From Felis catus (lineage: Eukaryota), in contig NC_058368.1 in NCBI RefSeq assembly GCF_018350175.1, positions 45,882,001 to 45,946,000 of the forward strand: DNA of 64,000 nucleotides, given 5' to 3'. A model generated the notes under the pieces. It was not told where the DNA came from, did not search any database, and worked only from the letters and a program-made list of their open reading frames with translations. The translations under genes and the position numbers were made by a program. Below are positions 1 through 10,560 of this stretch, in pieces. Numbering within the stretch: the first letter of the stretch is position 1; the number at the start of each line of letters is the position of its first letter.

Positions 1-630
1 ATTATAGAAAACTTTATATACTGTTGGCTTGTAGTTATAAATTGATTTTAAACACAACCTTAGTAATTAGTCTAGAAAAAGTTAGTAAAGTTTAAAATTT
101 ATGTATTCACTACTCAGCAATTACTAGGTGTAAATACTAAGAGTAACTCTTATATACAAAGAGACATAAGAATATTCCTTGGAGAATTGCTTTTAATATC
201 AAAATGTGGTAATACCCTAAATGTCTACAAACAGAAAATAAATGGATTGATAAATTGTGGCATATTTATACAATGAAATGCAATAGGGAAAATGAATGGC
301 TAATGCTACATATATCAACATGATTTAATCTCACAGCTTTTTTTTTTTTTGCCAAATTAAAGTTGCAGAAAGATATATACTGTATGTTAATATTATAGAA
401 ACATGCATATTTGGGGGCTCATGGATAGATATGTGATAAAAGTATAAAAATCTCCATGGAATTTATGAATTTCAACTTCAGAATCAAGTTTACAGCTGAA
501 GCAAGTGGAACTGGATTGGGTTATTTTTCCCAAAAATCTTTAATTCTATCAATACTATTTTATGTTTAATCTCTACATGTGGCATTTTGGGTCTTCATTG
601 CCTTATTGTCTATACTTTTTATATGGTTTA
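1..630 (+). mobile_element. Old L1 (L1M/L1ME-type) 3' region fragment
   Basis: Degenerate L1 3'UTR wording, e.g. aatgtctacaaacagaaaataaatggattgataaattgtggcatatttatacaatgaaat. Confidence 0.7.
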
Positions 631-1099
631 AACTTGAATCTGAAGTTAACATAAACAGAGCTTTTCTGTTTCAATCTAATATCTGTATTAAAAAAACGGT
701 TTTCAGAAAAATTGAAAACTCAGTCCTGCATTTTAGGGAAATTGGCCATTCAATTTTGAAAGTTAGTAGCCACCTTGCTACTTGCAAAAAACATTGGTGG
801 CAGCTCTGTCACTCATTTGTGATGCACAGGTCCCACAGATAAAGTACAACTGCTCTGCAATGACAGCCTTCTCTGCAGGCAGCGCTGCAGATGAGTGCAA
901 AATCCAAAATCATGAAACACTTGGGAAACATAAACTACTGCTAGTGAGAGTCAAAATGCATGAAAAAAAATGTCTGTTTCAAATATTATTTCATAGAAAT
1001 AGTGGGAAATACGTCTAAGAAAATTACCCAGAATTCAAAACATAAAAAGATATAAATATATGAAAAAGATAAAAATATGGATAAGAACAAAATAATGAT

Positions 1100-1380
1100 A
1101 TGTTTGTGTTCCTTGCTACATCCCCAGAGCTTATAACAAGGCCTAGCACAGAGGAGGATTTCAATAGTGAAAATATGAATAAAGCAATGAGTAAATCAGC
1201 TCATAAGACTTTAATTCAGAGGAGATATCTAGGCTGGAAATATAAATGTGGGATTTGTTGGACTATAAATGATATTTAAAGTGCCAACATTTATAGTCAG
1301 AGTAAAGAATGAAGAGCATGCAAAGAAGATTGAGATGAGAACAGGAAGAGTTAGGAAGAAGCTCACAAGCGTACCCTTAT
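1100..1380. mobile_element. L2 fragments
   Basis: L2 3'-end-like tract (tacatccccagagcttataacaaggcctagcacagaggagg...tgaataaa) followed by a reverse L2-like tract (ggagatatctaggctggaaatataaatgtggga). Confidence 0.5.
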
Positions 1381-1449
1381 TATGGATTTCTCTTTCCAGA
1401 CAATAATAATGATAAATTACACACCTCAGAGCCTCCTTCCAAGAACCAC

Positions 1450-2030
1450 ATTCTCCCACCTGCCCTACACATATACATACTTTCTTAGCAGGGAAGGGTG
1501 CACTATTCTTCAACTATGATCACTAATGTGGCAAATCTTGCCACTCCCATGCTGTTATACAACTGAAACGTTGAGTTCCCTGATCACACAAGGGGAGGAG
1601 TTGATGTTTTCCCCAGTTATGGTGCTGAACTGACAGCATAGGTCTGAAAACAAACTTCTGCCATTTCAGGTCTTCTGTATCCCCTCCTCTAATCACACCA
1701 GCAGAAAGGCTGGTTTTTCCATCATCATGCAAGTTGAAAACCCAGAACTCAATTGTCCAGGTGCCACCACAGTCTGACATACAGACCTGACCAATTACTG
1801 TGAGATCCCTCAAGAGCATGATGGACAAGAGGAATCCCTTCTTCTTGGGTTATCCCTAGTGAATATTGTTCCACAAGGTCAGGTGTGGGAACTGACTGAG
1901 AACTTGGCCTTGTTTGCTCAGCAGGTAAGCCAGACATTCTACCAAAGTATTTGAAGGAAAAATACAAAAGATGGTTTCGAAATTCTACATTTGTATGTGG
2001 GTCAATCTCTATACAAATACTGGATAACAA
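1450..2030 (-). mobile_element. Possible 3' end of the gypsy fossil: integrase C-terminal remnant, PPT and start of 3' LTR
   Basis: Minus frame GITQEEGIPLVHHAL...LWWHLDN resembles G.I....GP.SY.V...W.RH.DQ; PPLV*SG resembles PLRRS.R; purine-rich agggcaggtgggagaa is followed by TGTGGT at 1450. Confidence 0.35.
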
Positions 2031-2429
2031 ACCTAGTGAACTTTCTTTTAGAAGTTCAACAAGAATGAAGGGGGAAATCTCAAATTTTATCTTTTTTTCT
2101 GCTTCCTTTTCTCCCTCCCTCCTTCCTTCTCTTCCCCCACATCTCTCTCTCTATCCTATTTGTCTGTCTCTCTCTTGTCTCTTCCCACATAAACACACAT
2201 AAGCACACACAGACACACTTTCCCACATTAACTACTACTGTGTATGCACTTTGCGCATTCTGCAAAGTAACTCAGACAATTATTTTTTTTGGATATAAAT
2301 AAGAATGTAATGGTTGATTTAAATGTAGATTCTGCCCTCAAGAAACTTAAAGTATACTAAGAATTTTTAATGCACATAAATAATTCTAGTTAGAATATAA
2401 TTCCATTTAGAATGTTCCATGATTTATTT

Positions 2430-2620
2430 GTAAATTACTAACATTTACCAAATGCTTATTATTTGTCAGGCACTGTTCCAATTATTTTAATATTTATTAT
2501 CTCACTTAATCCTTACTTCAATTATGGAAGGTAGACAGATATTATTATTCTTCATATGTTGCCAGCTAAAGTGACTGGGACTCAAATGTGTAAGTTGTTT
2601 TTCCAAGACTGTTTATCTTA
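2430..2620 (-). mobile_element. MIR
   Basis: aacatttaccaaatgcttattatttgtcaggcactgttc...atctcacttaatcctt, the reverse MIR core. Confidence 0.65.
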
Positions 2621-2717
2621 TAGATAGCATACTTAGAAGTTTACCCAAATAGGCTGACCCCATAGCTTTTGGGTGTACTCTGAGAAAAGACAAGCTTCAA
2701 GGATCATGAGGTGGTTT

Positions 2718-3491
2718 TGTAGCAGGAAATAACACTTGAATTTAGTTTCAAAAAAGGAGTATCTTACCATATATGGATTAGTCTTAAGGATTAACACCAA
2801 TATTATTACTACAAATGAGACCATACATTAGGTAGAAGCTAGACCTGAGCAGTGGAAGGAAGGCTGGAGGTAGAGTCCCAAGTCCTTGAAGGGGAATAAT
2901 AGAAACACAAGCTAGAGACAAGGATGGTAACAAATAAGCTATGCATAAAAAGCCCAGGGCACAACATCCTGACCTTGTAGCTTCTAAGACCTTGGGGCTG
3001 ACAAATCAAGAGACACAAGTGCAGAGCATACACTCTCATCTTCCATCTCTGTCCCACGGCAGCCCCCTGGACTCATTGTAATACATCCGCACTGCAGTTA
3101 TAGCTCCCAGCCCATGGAGAAAGGCTGCCACCACAGGTTAAGGCACAAACCCTATAGGGTCAAAAGCTTCCTGTCCCTACCAGTGGGAGGAGTCCCCCGA
3201 AGGACTGGAAGCAGCCTCCCTTAGAGACCACCCCTCTGTACATCACATCTCCTCCCAGCTCAGAGACACTCAATAACATCCAATTCCCAAACAACCTAGG
3301 TGCTGGCTCTGTCTCCTGGAACCTGCTGGCTCTCCCACCTTGAGAGTATACTTTTGCTTTAATAAACTGCTTTGGGCTTTCTCCTTTCCTTCTGGCTGTC
3401 TATTCCAGCATGGATGCCCACGTAAATCTTCTTGTGAGGAATCCAAGGACAGAGACCTCCATTCACACAACAGATTCTGCCACCGGTAACA
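2718..3491 (+). mobile_element. Solo LTR, ERV1-like
   Basis: GC-richer block; cttttgctttAATAAActgc poly(A) signal at 3361; U5-like end gaggaatccaagga...ccggtaaca; 5' boundary uncertain. Confidence 0.7.
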
Positions 3492-3629
3492 CATCAAATT
3501 AGTTTTAAGATATTTTACAACTCTATTTTTTTTTCTTATGCATACTCATATATGGCCATATTGAACTGGAAATATAAATATGAACCTATTTGTTTCTTTT
3601 CAAAAATATGTGTATACTTAAAACTTAAA

Positions 3630-4240
3630 AGCTATGAGTATTTAATAGGAATGAACCCTCCTTGAGCTGATTCTAGGTCTGACACAGGAAATATACAAAA
3701 TTTGTAACTACTGTTGCCCCAGAAAATATGGAACATTTTCAAAGACCAATTGGTTATGCAAAACAAACAAACAAACAACACACAAACAAACAAAAAACCA
3801 CAGGAGCCAATATTAAGGGACTCTAGGCAAAGATACAACAATGTAAGCAGAAAAAAACAGTAATAAATACAACTAATTTAAACACTGATTAATGATACCT
3901 AGGAGTTTTAAAGTATATTGCTTTTAAAAGAGAGAAAGCAAAATAAAGGCAAAAACAACTCACCGAACCCCACCGGAAATAACTAGGGAACTAACTCCTT
4001 ATGCTGAAACAAAGCAAATAGAAGAAAAAATTAAACATCTATCCTCTATTTTCCAAGTGATGGGCATTTCAGAATAACCTAATGGCACTAGTTGATATGA
4101 AAAATTCTCTTCTTCAGAGAAGGCATGTTGAAATAAACAAGTAAATATTTTGTGCCCTTTAATGAAATAATAAACTCAGTCAATGAGTACTAGTAGGTAC
4201 AGCCAATAAATTAAAGGTTCATAGTAGAGAATTTTACAAC
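3630..4240 (+). mobile_element. Old L1 (L1MC-like) 3'UTR fragment
   Basis: Degenerate L1MC-type tract (aactagggaactaactccttatgctgaaac, ggcactagttgat...). Confidence 0.5.
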
Positions 4241-4247
4241 GGGAGTG

Positions 4248-5030
4248 AGCTGGTTCATTTTATGTGTCAACTTGAATGGGCCACAGGATGCTTATTTGGT
4301 CATTTGGTCAAACAATGTTCTGGGTGTGTCTGTGAGGGTGTTTCTGAATGAGATTAATATCTAGACCCCTAAACTGAGTAAAACAAATTGCTCTCATTAA
4401 TGTGGGTGGGCCTCATCCAAATAGTTGAAAGCATGAATAAAATAAAAAAGCTGAACCTCTCTGGGGCAAGGAAAACTCCTTCAGCCTGACTGCCTGGGAG
4501 CTGGGACATCAGGTTTTTTCCTGCCTTTGGATTCATACTGAAACATCAGCTCTTCCTGGGTCTCAAGCAGGATTCAGACTAGAACCACAGCCATAGCTCT
4601 CCTGGGTCTCCAGATTGCTGACTGTGGATCTTGGGACTTGCTAGTCTCCATAATTATGGGAACCAATTTCTTATAATAAATCACTATAAAAATATGTATG
4701 TGCATATGTATACAGTCGACCCTTGAACAATACAGATTTTAACTGCGTGGGTCCACTTACATGCAGATTTTTCTTTTATAAACACAGTACTATATTGCAA
4801 ATGTACTTCTTACTTTAATTGTAAGAATATAGTATGTAATACATATGACATATAAACTATGTGTTAATCAACTGTTTATGTTATCAGTAAGGCTTCTGGT
4901 CAATAGTAGGTTATCAGTGGTTAAGTTTCAGGGGTGTCCAAAGTTATAAATGGATTTCCAACCAGCCCTAATCCCTACATTGTTAAAGGGTTAAATGTGT
5001 ATTCTGTTGGTCCTGGTCTCTGGAGAACTC
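4248..5030 (+). mobile_element. MLT2 (ERV-L) LTR
   Basis: tggttcattttatgtgtcaacttgaatgggccacagg start, typical MLT2 body and end ctctggagaactct; split by a Tigger2 insertion. Confidence 0.88.
4712..4998 (+). mobile_element. Tigger2-type (MER28-like) non-autonomous DNA transposon nested in MLT2
   Basis: TA-cagtcgacccttgaacaa start with degenerate reverse TIR ttgttaaagggttaaatg at the end. Confidence 0.8.
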
Positions 5031-5032
5031 TA

Positions 5033-5650
5033 TTTGGTACTGAAAGTGGTTCTACAGAAACGGAATGTTAAGGATAAGTTTTCTGAATTCTTTCTAGAGT
5101 TCTGAATCTCTCTAATATGATAAAATTTAAGGATGCTAATGACTCTATTCCCAGCAGTAAAGAGGGCACTGATAGTCCATGGTGTGTAATCTGGTGATAG
5201 AGATTCTCAAAATATCACCATTGAATACTTCTACTAATCAACCAACTCTAAAAAGCATGGATCTAGGTGATGGTGTATATAATATGTCCAAACACACATG
5301 ACAAAATAATGAATATAATAAGGTTGGCTGGTTGTTCCTAATATTACTGGAGAAAGTACAGACTACACTTCTCAGCTCAAACACTGCACCAATGACCAGA
5401 AAGCTATTATGTATGTGTTGGAAAAGATCTCCTTGGAATTCAAAGGCAGCATATTTCTATTATGGCTGTGTCACCCTCACCCATTTACCAAACTATCCAA
5501 AAAGCTGCTAGTTTTGAGGGGGGCCCAGACCAAGAGAACGCTCTGCAAAGGGTCCAAGCTGCTGTGCAGGGGGCTCTGCTGCTTGAGCCATTTGATCCAG
5601 CAGGTCGGAAGGTGCCTCCAGTCTCAGTAGCAGACAGGGATGCTGTTTGA
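5033..5650 (+). mobile_element. ERV-L internal fragment (leader/gag start joined to a pol RT-connection piece)
   Basis: Begins tttggtactgaaagtggttct straight after the LTR; ORF 5462-5650 PIYQTIQKAASFEGGPDQENALQRVQAAVQGALLLEPFDPA...VSVADRDAV matches ERV-L pol. Confidence 0.88.
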
Positions 5651-5781
5651 AGTAACAGTAAGGATTGTGGGGTGATGGTAAAAATTGAAGCTCAGCCTCA
5701 AAATATGGATAGTTTTGTCACTGGAAAACAATGACAACAGAGGACAAGGAATAAAAAACTACAGTCAATATTAGCATGCTT

Positions 5782-5990
5782 AGGGGCGCCTGGGTGGCTC
5801 AGTCTGTTAAGCATCTGATTCTTGATTTCAGCTCAGGTCACGATCTCACAATTCGTGGGTTCAAGCCCCACATTGGGCTCTGTGATGACAGTATGGGGCC
5901 TCCTTGGGATTCTCCCTCTCCCTCTCTCTCTGCTCCCCCACCCCCACTTTCTCTTTCTCTCTCTCTCTCAAAATAAATAAATAAAAACTT
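5782..5990 (+). mobile_element. Can-SINE (SINEC_Fc family)
   Basis: ggggcgcctgggtggctcagtc head, (CT)n tract, A-rich tail. Confidence 0.95.
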
Positions 5991-6169
5991 TTAAAAACTA
6001 ATAGCATCTTTAAAGGAGCTTTGAAAAAATAAATAATAAAAAATAAAATTTAAAAAAAAGAAGCTTTGGCAGTGGCAGAGATCATAAGCTGTGGAAAAGG
6101 AGGCTGAAAAGCTAAGTCAGGGCTTATATTAGAAACCTCAATTGTTAGAATGAATAACTTGATACCCAC

Positions 6170-6583
6170 TGTCTTGTCACAGGGAATGATGGCTGTCTTT
6201 CCTTAAGCATGTTCCCTTGGCAACCGAACCCCTGTAGTTTGGCTACCCAAAATGAAAACATTTCCTAGCCTCCTTTTCAGCAGTGTGCCCTCATCTGACT
6301 CAGTTACTAGGAATGATACAAAGGCAGAAATTCCAAGAAGTGTCCTCAGAGAAGGAGTCCATGGCCTGCCTTCCGTCCTCTCCTCCTTGTAGCCTATACA
6401 TGGATCAGAAGTCTGGACCTGGACTATTCATCTTGGACCATGAGATTAAGCCTGTACTGTAGGAATGACAAAACAGTGATCTGGAAGTAGTCTGGATTCC
6501 TAAGATCTTTATGGGCCAGAGCTCTGAACTGCTGTAGCCATTTTTGTGTTGCATTGTGGGTCACTGACAGCTGCAACTAATAC
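6170..6583 (+). mobile_element. Old ERVL-class LTR (LTR33/LTR16-like)
   Basis: catttcctagcctcc...tcttggaccatgag...ggaagtagtctggattcct...ctaataca end. Confidence 0.6.
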
Positions 6584-7130
6584 AGAAACAAATTGTTTTT
6601 TATTTGTATGTCTGTCCTATTAAACCAGGGGATGACATCGTTAAGGTTTTGTGTGCATAGACAGGAGCGGATAAAAGGAGAAGCTTTTGAAAAAACACAG
6701 GTAAGATAGAATAAGACTCTAAAACAAGACTATTGACAACAAAGTTCATGCCCAAGAGATAACTGTATGATTTTGAGTCTAGGTGTCTAGAATAATACTG
6801 AAGCCTCTAAGTTTGAGAAAAGGATGATTTGTGCACGTGTGTGCTTGTGTGTACATGTGTATGTACATGTGTGTGTATTTGACCTAACCAGGATGGCCCT
6901 TAGAATCTCAATAATTTTATGTATTACAATTCACCTGTCTCCTTGGAAAAAGCAACTGGATCATAAAAATTACAGTATAACCAAATCTGTACCTTAGGAA
7001 GATTTATACAAATCCACCTACCCACCTACTAGGTAGAATAGCAGGGATACTTGAGCTCTTGTTACTGTGGCCCATTACCTAAGTAATTCTGGAGTATAAC
7101 AGAGAATTTTCTCATTTAAAGAAGAAAGCT

Positions 7131-7290
7131 GGGGCATTGGCGTGACTCAGTTGGGTGAGTGTCGGACTTCAGCTCAGGTCACAGTATGAGTTAGACCTCC
7201 ACATTGGGCTCTAGGCCGACAGCTCAGAGCCTGGAGCCTGCTTTGGATTCTGTGTCTCCCTCTCTCTCTGCTCCTCCCCTGCTTGCTCTC

Positions 7291-7340
<50 letters not shown>

Positions 7341-7380
7341 TCAAAAATAAATAAATATTAAAAATAATTTTAAGAAAAAA
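7131..7380 (+). mobile_element. Can-SINE inserted in gypsy integrase
   Basis: SINEC body; target-site duplication aagaagaaagct on both sides. Confidence 0.93.
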
Positions 7381-7436
7381 GAAGAAGAAAGCTAACATAT
7401 GTACCAGAGTAGTTTAGCAGCCTGCTTATTCTAAAT

Positions 7437-7652
7437 CAGTGTTACTCATCCTTGGCAATTGGGTCCAATAATTTTGTGTTGTGGGCATGTTCCTGCTCGT
7501 TGTAGGATGTTCAGCAACCTCCAGGCCTCTCTACCCACTAAATGCCTAATATTCTTCCTCTCCCCTTCCCCACAGTTGTGGCAGCCAAAAATATCTCCAA
7601 ACATTGTCAAATACACTTTGAGGGATAAAATCTCCCCCAGTACAGAAACTGG
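7437..7652 (-). mobile_element. MER20 (hAT-Charlie MITE) inserted in gypsy integrase
   Basis: cagtgttactca...tgtaggatgttcagcaacctccaggcctctctacccactaaatgcc...aaaatatctccaaacattgtcaaat...aaactg. Confidence 0.85.
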
Positions 7653-8820
7653 TTGGAGGGTATAGTAAGAAAAGCATGTTTTTCACTTGGTTTGGTTCTT
7701 TTTTGTTACTCCAGTCTTTCTTTTGTTCTTGATCCTGGAATGTGATACATGAACTCAAACAAGACCTCTTTATGGAAAAGGAATTGCAGTCTGATACTTC
7801 ATCTCTATCTGCATCATCTCCAACAGTGATAGGGCCAGTAGACAAAGACTGAAGCATGCCCATAATAAAGAGTGGCTGTCATCATTGTGATTTGTAAATA
7901 AGGGCAATATATACCAAGTCAAAAATGTTCCCCTTCTTCATTTGTTCTGAAACTTTTGAGGTATTTAGTTATCTGTTTCTAAGGCCTCCTTTTGACTATG
8001 CAATTCCCCACACTCTGGTTTTAGATTCTGATCTCCTGTACAAGAGAAGTAGGATTATTTAAATATTTTTGCACACAGTTCTGTACAGCATCATAGGTGC
8101 CTGGGCCTCTTCATAACATCAGCTACACTGATAGCAATGGTGTCAGTCTGCTTTTCATCTCTTTCCAATAACACCCACCACGACATGCATGATACATTGT
8201 TCATTTTTATAACTATTTTTTTCATTCTGGAATAGAATTCTATAGTTTCAAAGCAAAATAGGATTCCTGAGTCTCACACAAAAGATGTGATCAGGGACCC
8301 AACTGTGCCTTCCCTTGGGTCTAACTTTGAGTCATTACTGTGTTGTATGTTTATGAAGTAGTCGGCATCCTCTGCTCAGAGTAATTATTGTTCTCTTCAG
8401 TTATAGCTAAAGTTGATATAAAGAACACACCCGACAAAAATTACACTGAGGCATCTGGATTTCTCTAGAGAATTTTAAGAATATCTGCATTGCCATGTTC
8501 CAAAGAGGCTCTATATAGTGCCTCTTACTTTACACTGACAATGTCATAAACAATTACAGTAGTCTGGCAGTCACTATCGAAAGATCTCTAGCCATGTTTC
8601 AAAGGGTTTATGGTCAGCCATTGAAATACATTTTCTCCCACATAGGTACGGACGGAATTCCATCACTCCAAGTGTTCTGCTTCAGAATTGTTCTCAAGTA
8701 GAATAAAATTTCCATCTTTTTCTGGTGAAGCAGGAAATGTTTGTACACTGGTTTATTCACTGTAGCAGGGTACCTACCCAGTGAACTGCCTTGCTCAGCA
8801 ACTTCCTCTGAGAGTATATA

Positions 8821-9236
8821 CAGAAGTCCTCCCTCACCTGTCATTTCACTTGCCATGGTTTCAGTTACCTGCATTTAACTGTAGACGGGAAGCAGGTGAT
8901 CTCCCTTCTGATGATATGTCAGAAGGTTAACGGTAGCCTTAAGCTAAGTCACAATACCTGTGTCATTCTCCTCACTCCATCTCATCTCATAAGGATTTTA
9001 TCAGCTCACTTCATCACAAAAAGAAGGTTGAGTGCAGTACATTTTGAGGCAGAGACCATATTCACATAGCTTTTATTTCAGTATATTGTTATAATTGTTA
9101 TATTTTATTATTGTTGTTGTTAATCATAGGTAGGTATGTACAGGAAAAAAGACATTATATATAGGGCTTGGTACTATCCATGGTTTCAAACATCCACTGG
9201 AGGTCTTGGAATGTCTTGGATAAGGGGGGAATACTG
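8821..9236 (+). mobile_element. MER44/Tigger7-type DNA transposon inserted in gypsy RNase H
   Basis: TA flanks at 8819-20 and 9237-38; TIRs cagaagtcctccct / ggataagggggaatactg; ggtactatccatggtttcaaacatccactggaggtcttggaa. Confidence 0.88.
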
Positions 9237-9550
9237 TACTTCTCCACAAATAATCTCCACCAACCACAGTTCCAGCATAGAGAATCATAATGTGCTAACA
9301 TCTGGGCAGGTGCTCTTGTGACCTTTCCAGTGCTACACAGATTTCCCTATGGTGACAATTGCATTCAGACAACAGTGAAATCTAGATTCAGTGATGCAAC
9401 AAGCCACAGTTCAGCAGGCATCTATGAATCTTACGTACAATTTCGTGCATGAAAATAGTTCCAAGAGGGGAGAAAAAGGAAATGGGTGTTTTTATTCAGA
9501 GCTAGTGTTTCAATGCCTGTCTAAAAGAGTCTATTGAAAGAAAAAAAATC

Positions 9551-9771
9551 TTTAAAAAAATTTTTTTTCAACGTTTATTTATTTTTGGGACAGAGAGAGC
9601 CAGAGCATGAATGGGGGAGGGGCAGAGAGAGAGGGAGACACAGAATCGGAAACAGGCTCCAGGCTCTGAGCCATCAGCCCAGAGCCCGACGCAGGGCTCG
9701 AACTCACAGACCGCGAGATCGTGACCTGGCTGAAGTCGGACGCTTAACCGACTGCGCCACCCAGGCGCCCC
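9551..9771 (-). mobile_element. Young Can-SINE (SINEC_Fc), CpG-rich
   Basis: Near-consensus reverse SINE with most CpGs intact; TSD aag(a)n tctt. Confidence 0.97.
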
Positions 9772-10049
9772 AAAGAAGAAAAAAAAAAAATCTTAATTTG
9801 ACTTGTTCTTGCTCATTCTCTTCCCCTTTTTAACAGATAGATTTGGGGTTTGAACTGAACATACTTCCATCAAGCATTCCATCTTAGTTACCATCTGAGA
9901 AATTCAAAGAAGAATTTTAGACACACTGTCACATTTCTTTGTACATAACACCTAAAGGAAGTTAATTGAATCAACAATTTAAATACAGACAACCTATCGC
10001 AATACAGATGGTTTTGGCGAAGAGAAGGTGAAAATGAATCACTCAATAG

Positions 10050-10236
10050 CAGGTTGGCAGATAAAATACAGAATACCCTGTTGAGTTTTAATTTCAGATA
10101 AACAACACATTTCAAATTTTAGCATAAAGATGTCCCAAATATTGTCTGGAGTATACTTACAATAAGATAATTTTTATCATAAGTTCAAATTTAACTGGAA
10201 AAATCCTGTATTTTTATTTGCAAAATTTCACAATCT
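10050..10236 (+). mobile_element. MER53 (hAT MITE) inserted beside the gypsy YxDD position
   Basis: caggttggcagataaaatacag...aatttcagataaacaac...aaatttaactgg...cctgtatttttatttgc, palindromic structure. Confidence 0.85.
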
Positions 10237-10334
10237 TAATCAGTGAAGGCAAATGAGAAAAATGTATGTTAAAATCTGGCCAAACTAGAATGCCAGTATC
10301 ACTGTATTTAAACATCTGAAGTTACTCCCTTTAT

Positions 10335-10560
10335 TTTCAAGCTACATAATATAAAATATTTAGAACAAATAAAAGGAGATGCTTCACTCAGCAGGCAGTC
10401 ACCTTGTGAAATTCACTGTCACCATAGGTCACTGGGCTGGATAATTTTATGACCAATAATAACATTTGTCTGAATGCATGCTGAGAAAAGGTAATCAAAT
10501 CTCACACTTTAGGGAATAAGTTGCTCATTGCAGAAATTGGGAGGGAATGACTTCCTGCAC
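10335..10560 (+). mobile_element. CR1/L3-type LINE 3' fragment inserted in gypsy RT
   Basis: Plus frame FRTNKRRCFTQQAVTL*NSLSP*VTGLDNFM resembles the CR1 ORF2 C-terminus FRT..RK.FFTQRVVNLWNSLP..LDKFM. Confidence 0.7.

Noticed and set aside
640..930. Minus-strand peptide MSDRAATN resembling a transposase motif
   Set aside because: Single isolated motif with no ordered neighbours; may be chance or LTR sequence.
5782..5860. tRNA-like A/B boxes here and at other SINE heads
   Set aside because: tRNA-derived Can-SINE heads, not tRNA genes.
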